NCBI RefSeq assembly: GCF_964242245.1
Contig: NZ_CAXTBY010000003.1
Coordinates: 31,294 to 95,293 of the forward strand
From: an uncultured Methylobacterium sp.
GTDB lineage: Bacteria > Pseudomonadota > Alphaproteobacteria > Rhizobiales > Beijerinckiaceae
Length of the DNA: 64,000 bases
Reading direction: 5' to 3'
The position numbers were made by a program, and so were the translations under genes. Below the pieces are notes generated by a model. That model searched no databases and was not told where the DNA came from. It was given only the letters and a program-made list of their open reading frames with translations. Positions 55,664 to 63,622 of the stretch are shown in pieces. Position 1 is the stretch's first letter. Every line of letters begins with the position of its first letter.

Positions 55664-58600
55664 CGTGGAACGGCCGGTACAGCAGGTCCGCCACCTCGTG
55701 CTCCTTGGGATTGATGTTCGGGTCCATGGCCATCTCAAGTTGGCGCAGGATCTGGACCAGTGCGCTCGATTCCGGCGTATCGCTCTTATTGTCTCCATCG
55801 AACGACAAGGGCGCGAACGAGTAGTCGACGAACCCAATCCGCACGGGGGAGCCGCCGCGGATGCCGCGGCCGATGGTCTGCCAGAGCGGGGTGAGCATGT
55901 CCCAGGCGAACTGGGCCTGAAATTCATGTGGCAGGCTGCGGTAGCCGAAACGTCCCGCCTCAAGTCCGTACCTGACGATGTTGCTGGCGGCATGCCTCAC
56001 GCGGCGAGTCCGGCGTGCGAGGTCCTCATCCCCGTCCTCCGGCTTGACGCCCTTGTCGTAGCGTTCCTGCGCGAAGCGGTTCAGGCGACCGATGGTGGGC
56101 CCGAGGTCGTCGGGACGGGGATGGGGCCGGTGCAGAAAGTAGATCGAGGAGATCGCAGCCTTTCCGTCGCCGTTGAGGATGTTGTGCCCGCGGGCGACGA
56201 CCTGCATGGGGGCGACGAGTACCGACCTCTCGGGCTCGCGCCCGAAGCGCTCGATGAGTGAGCGAGGCATGGGTTTAGCCTGGGCGAGGCGGATGTGCTC
56301 GACGGCGGTGCCCGCATCGTCCCGGTCGCGGACGAGACAGTGCACCTTCCAGCCCGCGTAGCCCGCTCCGTCGAGTGCGGCCGAGAGGGCGTCGGCGACA
56401 ATCGCGGCGTCCGCGTAGCTGTTCGTCACCAGGAGGGCCCGCTGGCGGCCGGTGATGTCACCGGGCTCCCAGCGCCGCTCCATCTTGTGCCAGTCGTCTT
56501 CTAACCGATTGCGGCCGTCGCGCCGGGCCGCGAGGCGCTCGGCGATGATTGCAAGGTTGGCCCGACGCTCGTTCTGCGGCCGCCCCGAGACGCGGATCTG
56601 GTGGCCTTCGCCGTCTTTCACATGGACCAGGCCGAAGACGGACCTCTTGATCGCCTTGAGCTCGGCCTCTGGCTGGACCAGCACGCCCCTCACGGGCACC
56701 TGCACGTCGAAGGAGGGGGATGCCGCGTCGATGGGCCGGCCCGACCTCGGGTCCTTACGGCGCACGCTGCCACCGGCCCAGCTCGTCCCTGAGAGCATGA
56801 GGACGTGCGGCCCGGCCTGGCCCTCCGCGGCGAGAAGGTCGTGCAAGTGGGTGAGGAGGTGGCGCCCGACGCCCAGGTGGCTGATGAGGGTGAGCTTGCC
56901 GCCCATGGAGGTGCGCTGCTCGTTTTCGGGCTCGTCGTAGAACAAGCCGAAGGCGGCGCCGGCCGGGTTCGCCGGCAGGAGTGTCCTGTAGTTCTTGATG
57001 AGGCTGTTGGCTTGGCCGAGCAGATGGCCGTCGTCGATCTTGAAGTCGCGGGCAACGGCCGACTGGGTCTTGATTAGCCAGTTGTAGTGCGAGAGCGCCA
57101 GATCGGTGACGACGGCGAGCAAGAGCGCGAGCGCGTTGGCCTGAGCGTCAAGGACCAGCTTCTTCGGCCCCTCCTCGCAAACAGCGTTGAAGATCTCCAA
57201 CTCGTGGTCGAGGGCGTCCTGCACTAGCGGCACGACCGCGTCGTAGTAGTCGGCGACGAGAATCTGACGGGCAATCTCCTGCAGGTGAAGGGCGGCAGTC
57301 CCGTAAGCCGGGTCCGAGAAGGAGGGGGCGTCGTCCTCGGTCTCCTCCTCGCCGACGGACGCCGCCCGGGAATAACCCTTGATGGAGCCGGCTACCCGGA
57401 CAACGTCGAGGAAGCCCTCCGCGAAGGCGGGGTTGTCGAAGGTCATGCTCTCGCGCGCGGTCCCGAGGACGAGGCTGCGGCGGCGCCAGAGGTCGTAGAG
57501 GATGCTGCCCGCCGTGAACGGGGTGTTCTTGAAGAAGGGACCAAGGATTTCGCGCTCGTTCTGCAGGATCGCGTAGATCGTCCCGATCAACCGGAAGAAC
57601 GTGAAAAAATTCGATTGCCACTTGGCGTTTACGGGCTTGCGGAACTGGACGCCCGAGCGCTCCCGCAGGGCCTCAGACGAGCGCAGGCCGATGCTGGGCG
57701 CGTAGACGTTCCGCTCGTCGCCCATGATCGGCGAGCGAGGCGCGAAGACGTCGTCGAGGGCCTTCTGGACGCCGTCTACCTCGTCGACGATCACGAGGTC
57801 ATACTCGTACTGCAGGAGCTCCGGGATGCTGAGGTGGTGCTCCGTCGTCCACTTGTCCGGGGTGATGTGGACAAAGGCCGGCGGGGTCATGATGAGGACC
57901 TGGGCGTCGACCGCATCGCGCTGCTGCTGCTGGGCCGGGCAGACGGTCCAGAGCGGGCACGAGCGAGCCTTCACATTGTCGCCGACGTCGTCGGGGTTGG
58001 TGCCCTCCTCGTCATCCTCGGTAGGTGGCGTCTGGTAGATTCGGTGGCACTGCTTCTCCGGGAAGGTGGGGAAGCGGCGGCCCTCGGGCTCGCCCTTGAC
58101 CACCTCGGGGTCGGGCTGGGCGCCGTCGAGGGGGCAGGCGGTGCTGAAGCCGTCAGCGAGGTCACCCAGGGCCGACAGCTTCCAGCCCGTGGCGTCGAGG
58201 CTGCGCTGCCAGTGGATCGACTGAAGGTGGGCCTCGCGGTTGCGCAGGCTGGAGAGCACCGTTGCCTTGATCCCATGCCGGCGCAGGCGCGAGGCGAAGG
58301 TGGCGCCCTGGATGGTGTCGCTGACGAGGATGGCGATGCGCTTGCCGCTGCCGCCCAGGGTTAGGGCCATGAGCAGCGCCCAGACGAGGGTGGACTTCCC
58401 CGAGGAGAGCATGCCGACGACGTGGGTGGCGCCGTCCAGGTTGAAGGTACCGTCCTCGTAGAACCCGTCGAGCCCCTTGGGCTGGAGATTGGCGATGCGT
58501 GAGGCAAGACGGAGCGGGGGAAGGCTCTCGGCGGGCCAGTCGTCCAGGGTCTCGCGAGTATCGACCTTGAGGGCGACTTCCCGCATCTGCTCGAAGGTGA

Positions 58601-59186
58601 TTTGGATAGGCGGGTTGGAGGCGCGCGGCCGAAGGGCGTGCTCACGGCGCGCCCGGCGCTCCGCCGGCACTGCAGGGATCGTGTAGGCGAGTGTGGTACG
58701 CGTCCTATCGAGGACGACGGTGGCGTCGCCGGGCAAGGCCACGTTGAGCTCACGGCGTGTCCACGGGACGGTGGCGTCCAGCCAGGTGTCGAGGAGCTCG
58801 CGCATCACGGCCGGCGCAGCCCGCCGCGGTGACACGGCGGTCCCGCGGACCTCGAAGCAGCGCAGGGCCTCAGGCGTACGGCCGTACTGGAGGATGGCGT
58901 CTACCCAGGCCGAGATCGATCCGAAGCGCGAGCAGAGGTGCCGGACGGTCATGAGGGAGCGTATGGCCCCCGGGCCGCCTGCCCCATCGAGGAGTTTGGG
59001 ATAACCCATCATGAGGAACGGCACCGACCGATGTGGCTCGTCCGGCAGGTAGCGGTGGAGGTAGGCGAGGCAGAGCTCAGTCTGGGCCAGGGTGCGTACG
59101 CGCTCGCCATCGAGGTCCCGCGTGTCCGGATCGATGGCCGAGAGGGCATCGCGGTAGGCGGCGAGGTATTCGCGGTCGGACCTCAT
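55626..59186 (-). CDS. SF2 DinG/XPD-like helicase (1186 aa)
   Basis: ATG 59186 overlaps the upstream TGA (ATGA). Walker A VVGMLSSGKSTL (58389-58415) and DExD box LVIVDEVDG (57774-57785). Four Cys lie between them, and a motif-VI-like MQVVARGHNI follows. Confidence 0.75.
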   Translation of the reverse strand: MRSDREYLAAYRDALSAIDPDTRDLDGERVRTLAQTELCLAYLHRYLPDEPHRSVPFLMMGYPKLLDGAGGPGAIRSLMTVRHLCSRFGSISAWVDAILQYGRTPEALRCFEVRGTAVSPRRAAPAVMRELLDTWLDATVPWTRRELNVALPGDATVVLDRTRTTLAYTIPAVPAERRARREHALRPRASNPPIQITFEQMREVALKVDTRETLDDWPAESLPPLRLASRIANLQPKGLDGFYEDGTFNLDGATHVVGMLSSGKSTLVWALLMALTLGGSGKRIAILVSDTIQGATFASRLRRHGIKATVLSSLRNREAHLQSIHWQRSLDATGWKLSALGDLADGFSTACPLDGAQPDPEVVKGEPEGRRFPTFPEKQCHRIYQTPPTEDDEEGTNPDDVGDNVKARSCPLWTVCPAQQQQRDAVDAQVLIMTPPAFVHITPDKWTTEHHLSIPELLQYEYDLVIVDEVDGVQKALDDVFAPRSPIMGDERNVYAPSIGLRSSEALRERSGVQFRKPVNAKWQSNFFTFFRLIGTIYAILQNEREILGPFFKNTPFTAGSILYDLWRRRSLVLGTARESMTFDNPAFAEGFLDVVRVAGSIKGYSRAASVGEEETEDDAPSFSDPAYGTAALHLQEIARQILVADYYDAVVPLVQDALDHELEIFNAVCEEGPKKLVLDAQANALALLLAVVTDLALSHYNWLIKTQSAVARDFKIDDGHLLGQANSLIKNYRTLLPANPAGAAFGLFYDEPENEQRTSMGGKLTLISHLGVGRHLLTHLHDLLAAEGQAGPHVLMLSGTSWAGGSVRRKDPRSGRPIDAASPSFDVQVPVRGVLVQPEAELKAIKRSVFGLVHVKDGEGHQIRVSGRPQNERRANLAIIAERLAARRDGRNRLEDDWHKMERRWEPGDITGRQRALLVTNSYADAAIVADALSAALDGAGYAGWKVHCLVRDRDDAGTAVEHIRLAQAKPMPRSLIERFGREPERSVLVAPMQVVARGHNILNGDGKAAISSIYFLHRPHPRPDDLGPTIGRLNRFAQERYDKGVKPEDGDEDLARRTRRVRHAASNIVRYGLEAGRFGYRSLPHEFQAQFAWDMLTPLWQTIGRGIRGGSPVRIGFVDYSFAPLSFDGDNKSDTPESSALVQILRQLEMAMDPNINPKEHEVADLLYRPFHDALANTEGLRLG

Positions 59187-60475
59187 CGCGCGACGTCCAG
59201 GTCGGAGAGGAGGGCCGAGATGGTGCGCAAGGCAACTGGCGTCTTGGCGTGGGCGCGGCGGACCGCCTCGAAGCGGCGTTCGTACCCGCGAGCGATCTCG
59301 GGCATGTAGTCGGGCACGACCAGGAAGCATTCGTGGTCGGCGGCGTATTCCTTGAAGCCCTCGAAGCGAGCCGCGAGGTTCTCGGGCGAGAGATGTTCCT
59401 TGACGTCGACCGCTATGCGTCGGCCCGCGGGGGAAACGGCCGCGATGTCGACGCGGTCAAGCCGCGGCCAGAGCTCGACGGTCCAGCGCGCCTTCCGAAG
59501 CCGCTCCGCGAGCAGGAGCTCGGTCTTGCCCGGCAGGCACCAGTAGAGCCGGAAGGCGCGGCGTAGTTGCATGGTGCCGTGCCGCCATTTGACGCCCGCG
59601 GAATCGCCTGATCTCGCGCGCCGGATGGCCTCCGGATCGCGGCTCTCGGTGTGGAAGCCGATACCCTGCCGCCGCAGCACGGTGCCGCTCACGACGCAGG
59701 TGGGCAGGAAGCCGTCGAGCGTGAGGGACTCGGGAACGCGCTGGTAGAAGGCCTCAACGATCTCGTCGACGCGCTCGACCGTGGCGAGGATTGGGTCGGT
59801 GAGTATGGTCGTGGTCCAGCTCCCCAGGACAGGATGCTCGACAACGGCGCGGCGGAAGGCGGCGTAGACCTTCTGGCCATCGCGGCGGTCGACGCAGACG
59901 GACCGTAGCAAGCCGAAGCCGGCCCGCTCGATCAGCTCCGTCTCGGGATCTCTGCCCGGCATGGCCAACTCGACGCAGGCGGGGGTAATCTCGCCATCCT
60001 CGATGAGCTTGGCGGCCGTGAACTCGCCGTCGGGATCCCAATTGAGATCCGTTACCCAGTCGAAGAGCGGTTGCTCGGCGACCGCGGCGAGGGCACGCAA
60101 GTCGGTGGGCCAGAGGGCGCCCGGCTCCATGATGTTGCGGGCCGCGGCTAGATCGAAGGACCGCTGTAGCACGGGCGGGTAGCCATCCTTGAGCCAACCC
60201 TGGGCGTCGACCTGTTGCTGGACCTCCATGAGTCCGCGAGCGAACAGTGTGACCATGTCGCGGTCGCTGCGAACGGGCTTAGCGTCCCCGGCGAGCTCGT
60301 CGAGCCGGGCGCGGATGTCAGGGGCGACCGCATCCTCGTCCTCGAAGTAGCGGTAGAGGGTGGCTCGCCCAATTCCGAGGGCCTGTGCAGCCGCCGTTTT
60401 CCAACGCCGCCCGTACCCAAGCTTATGGCCGAACAGAGCTTCGCAATCCTGATGAAACTTGCTCGCGGCGGACAT
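59183..60475 (-). CDS. HTH-containing PD-(D/E)xK (restriction-endonuclease-fold) protein
   Basis: ATG 60475 preceded by GGAGGG. N-terminal HTH AAAQALGIGRATLYRYF. C-terminal nuclease motif WTVELW..LDRVDIAAV..RIAVDVKEH (E..D..DxK). Confidence 0.7.
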   Translation of the reverse strand: MSAASKFHQDCEALFGHKLGYGRRWKTAAAQALGIGRATLYRYFEDEDAVAPDIRARLDELAGDAKPVRSDRDMVTLFARGLMEVQQQVDAQGWLKDGYPPVLQRSFDLAAARNIMEPGALWPTDLRALAAVAEQPLFDWVTDLNWDPDGEFTAAKLIEDGEITPACVELAMPGRDPETELIERAGFGLLRSVCVDRRDGQKVYAAFRRAVVEHPVLGSWTTTILTDPILATVERVDEIVEAFYQRVPESLTLDGFLPTCVVSGTVLRRQGIGFHTESRDPEAIRRARSGDSAGVKWRHGTMQLRRAFRLYWCLPGKTELLLAERLRKARWTVELWPRLDRVDIAAVSPAGRRIAVDVKEHLSPENLAARFEGFKEYAADHECFLVVPDYMPEIARGYERRFEAVRRAHAKTPVALRTISALLSDLDVAR

Positions 60476-60495
60476 AGCACCCTCCAACGAGACAG

Positions 60496-60524
60496 ACGAT
60501 ACACGTGTGTCTCATCTGTATCAA
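60496..60524 (-). promoter_or_regulatory. sigma70-like promoter with embedded palindrome upstream of the three-gene operon
   Basis: The minus strand reads TTGATA-N17-TATCGT (-35 at 60519-60524, -10 at 60496-60501). The spacer contains the perfect palindrome ACACGTGT. GAGACA/TGTCTC arms flank the -10. Confidence 0.4.
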
Positions 60525-60585
60525 GAGGGTTAACCTCACGTTCCGTTGGGCGAGTTGGTTAGCTGCCACACACCTGAGCTACCTC

Positions 60586-62500
60586 TCACGCTTGGGCTGA
60601 TAATCGACCATGCCTCCTACATGCCGCACGCCTACGATGAGCCGCCAGGACAGCTTCCACCCGCGCCCGCTCGTAGAACGTCATCTGGCACCGGTCGCGT
60701 CCGATGGCCGGCTCGACCCCAAACCTGGCAAGCCGCCCCGGCACTGACAGGGCATGGACGCCCAAGCGTGCGGCCACGTCGGGTCCGCGCACGAAACGCG
60801 CCTCGAAAGCATGGACGTCCTCCGTCCTGATCCAGTGCACGCCGGAATGGTTTTCCGCCCGAAGATAACCGAGCTCAATGAGCTGCCGGACGGCCTCCCG
60901 CTTCGTCCCGAGCCGCTCCGCGGCCTCCTTCTTGGTCATGCCGGACGCGTCTGGCATGCGGGCGCGGCTCACGTCGGCGGTCAGCACCATCAGGCGCCGC
61001 AGACCGACCGCTTGCGCGTCCACCCCGACGACGGGCACCCTCCCCTCCCTGACCCAGCGCAAGACCTCCACCAAGCTTGCCCCGGCCGCGGTCGCGGCCC
61101 TCATGACCGGGCGGGCATCGTCGGGCCGGGCGCCGGTCTCGCGGGCTGGCTCGAAGCCGGCCACGAAGGCCGCCACGGCCGTCCGCTCCACCGTGTATTC
61201 CCCTCGCGCCCTTCGCTCCGGGTCGAGGGAGGGGGGAAACAGGTCCGAGGCGATGATCTCGGCGGCGGCCGAGCGATGGACGCCCAGCAGCAGGGCGGCG
61301 CCCCCGCAATCGACGCGGTCGTCAAGGCGGGCCTGGATCTGGCGGGCGACCGCGTCGCTCAAGCGTACCGGGCGTCCCTGCTGCGAGCCCTCGGTCGAGT
61401 GGCCCATTCCGCGTACCAGCCGCCGAAACCGACCGTAGGTCAGGCCGGCGAGGTTGCTTCCGGCCTCCAGATTAGTTCCGCCCGGGCGCATCTCGCGCCC
61501 GAACACGACGGAGCCCGTCTTGAGGACGACGTTGCGTTCGGCGTGGTCTGCGGCGGTCGCGGCGACGATTGCCAGGCGGCCCTTCCTGGCCGCGGACGTC
61601 ATCCACGTCCCGAAGGCGCCATAGGCCAGGCCGGCGCCCCAATGGTTCGCGCCCCTTTTGCCGATCGCCATCCGCTCGGGCTGATGGGCGACAAGCCGAT
61701 CCAGGAAGGCGTCAAGGGACGGGCGGCCCCCCCGATGCGATGCCGAAACCCTCACGCACGATGGACGCGGCTTCGTCACGCCGCCATGCCTCGGCGTAGG
61801 TCGCCGTCGGATGAAGGGCGTGCGCACCCAGCCGTTCGCAGAGCGTCAGTGCCTCGGCGAGCGGTAAGCCGGCCAGCAGGCCGTCCTCCGCCACCGGGCC
61901 ATGGCCGACGCGTCCGAGAAGCCAGCGGTCGACGACAAGCGCACCCTCTTCGACGGGTTCGCAGGTCGGGCGGGTCAGGCGTGCCCGGCAGTGGCATCGC
62001 GTAAGATCGAGCTTGTCGTAATGCAGCATGCGCCGGCATCCCGGGCAGCGATGCTCAAGGGGGCGGGCATGACGCACGCAGTGCGCCATCGCCGTCAGAT
62101 CCCAGACCGTCCGGTGATAGGCCGCCTCGGACAGGCAATCGGGACACCAGCGCCGCATGAGGCGGTGGAGGGCGCCATTGGGCAAGTCGTGACCCAGCAA
62201 CTGGGTCTGTCGCTCTGCTCCGTCGATGGGAGAGGCATGGGCGAGTACGACGGGGTCGACCCCGCACGCCTCCGCGATGGCGGCAAGGTGCCGACCCTGC
62301 CTGACGTCCCCTGCCCCGCTGACCCCGAGGAAGCGCCAGAGGCGCCGGGGCGTTCTCAGGCCGGCCTCATGACCGCGACGAAGCACCAACCCGAGAGCAG
62401 GCTCGTCCGCATAGGCGCCGAGGCGGTGGGTGAACCTCCGAGGCATGGCATCGGTCCTCCGTGAATGTCGGGGTGTTCGCGGCTTCGCAGGTCGGGTCAC
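60586..62500 (-). pseudogene. tniQ: TniQ/TnsD-like target-selection protein, split by a frameshift in a G7 run
   Basis: N-terminal TniQ domain (YADEPALGLVLRRGHEAGL; Zn-ribbon RWCPDCL..HCVRH..RCPGCRR) in ORF 61712-62500. It continues as SLDAFLDRLVAHQ.. in ORF 60586-61827. The switch is at the C7 (plus-strand) run 61727-61733. The GTG start overlaps the tniB stop. Confidence 0.7.
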
Positions 62501-63622
62501 CTCTTCGAGAAGTCGGGGGTGTCATTCCGCTTCTTGCCCTTGATGCGCGTTTTTCTCGATGGATCGGGCGCCGGGGCGTTCATGATCCCCGGCTCGTGGT
62601 TCTTCTCGCGCCAGGGATTGGGGCGGGCGTAGAAATCGTCCGATCCGATCTCCCAGAGGAGTTCGTCGAACGCCTGTTCGAAGAGGTTGGGGGTGATGTT
62701 GGGCTGGCCGAGGTCGAGGGCCTTGAAACCGGCAAGCTGGGTGATGGCGGCGATGCGCGAGATCACCGCGTCGGTGGCGCGGTGGAGGTCGAAGCGGATG
62801 GCGTCGCCCGTGAAGGAGGCCTCGGGGAACGGCAGCATGCGGTCGATCTTGTCGAGCGTCTGGCCGAACAGCGCGCGCTCCGCCGGATCGACCCAATCGT
62901 ACGGCCTGAAAGGATGGACGCCCCGCCCGCGCCGGGCGAGCTGACCGTTCCCGACGAACATGGCGTTCATCGTTTGCGTGCCGAAGAAGACCGCGTGGAC
63001 GAAGAACCCGGAGCCGTCCCGCTTCCACTCGGGGGTGGCATCCTCCTCGTTGAGAAGCCCCTTGAGCCAGTCGGCGGCCGCATAGGCGAACTTGTCGGTC
63101 CGGTGGTCCGTGAGGTGCTGGAATTCGTCGATCAGGATGATCCGAACCCGTTGCTCCATGAGCTTCGCCAGGATCCGGCGCGTCTTCTCGCCCTTGTCGC
63201 CGTACTCGGGATCCTCGTCGGCCAGGGCTCTCAGCATGGCGGTGGCCATGCTCGCGATGGTGACCTCGGGTGGTGTCGCGACGCGCAGGATCGGGCGCCA
63301 GTCGCCCCAGGGTGCCTGGAGGGCATAACCCTCAATCCGGTAGCCCGACGCCTCCGCCTCGCGGTCGAGCACCTGGCGTCGGATCTTGCGCAGCAACTGG
63401 CTCTTGCCGACGCCAGGCCTTCCCGGGATGGAGATGTGGATAACCCTCCAGTGCCGACTTGGTCATTCTCTCGAAGAAGTCGAACTGCCCCACCAGGGCC
63501 AATGTCCGCGGGTGCCATGCCTTGAGGCGCATGATGCGGCGCTCGCGCTCGCGCTCGTCCTTCGGCAGGAGGTCGCCGGCGGCGTCGAGGTGAGCGGTAC
63601 GCGGCCCCGTCTGCTCAGTCAT
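62497..63622 (-). pseudogene. tniB: TniB/TnsC-like AAA+ ATPase, frameshifted before the Walker A motif
   Basis: The N-terminus MTEQTG..FFERMTKSALEG is in ORF 63332-63622. Walker A VIHISIPGRPGVGKSQLL and Walker B RVRIILIDEFQHL are in the frame of ORF 62497-63396. The switch is near 63440-63450. Confidence 0.7.

Noticed and set aside
55664-55993. Track start (55993) for the pPIWI-RE-like gene
   Set aside because: It would overlap the helicase 3' end by 368 nt, and the extra residues are Arg/Ser/Thr-rich nonsense. ATG 55663 or TTG 55633 (AGAGGGG SD) fit translational coupling.
61712-63470. Programmed ribosomal frameshifting as the explanation for the tniQ and tniB breaks
   Set aside because: I saw no slippery heptamer with a downstream structure, and I am not aware of programmed frameshifting in this family. 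Mutation or sequencing error is the simpler explanation. The breaks are kept as findings so that they can be checked.
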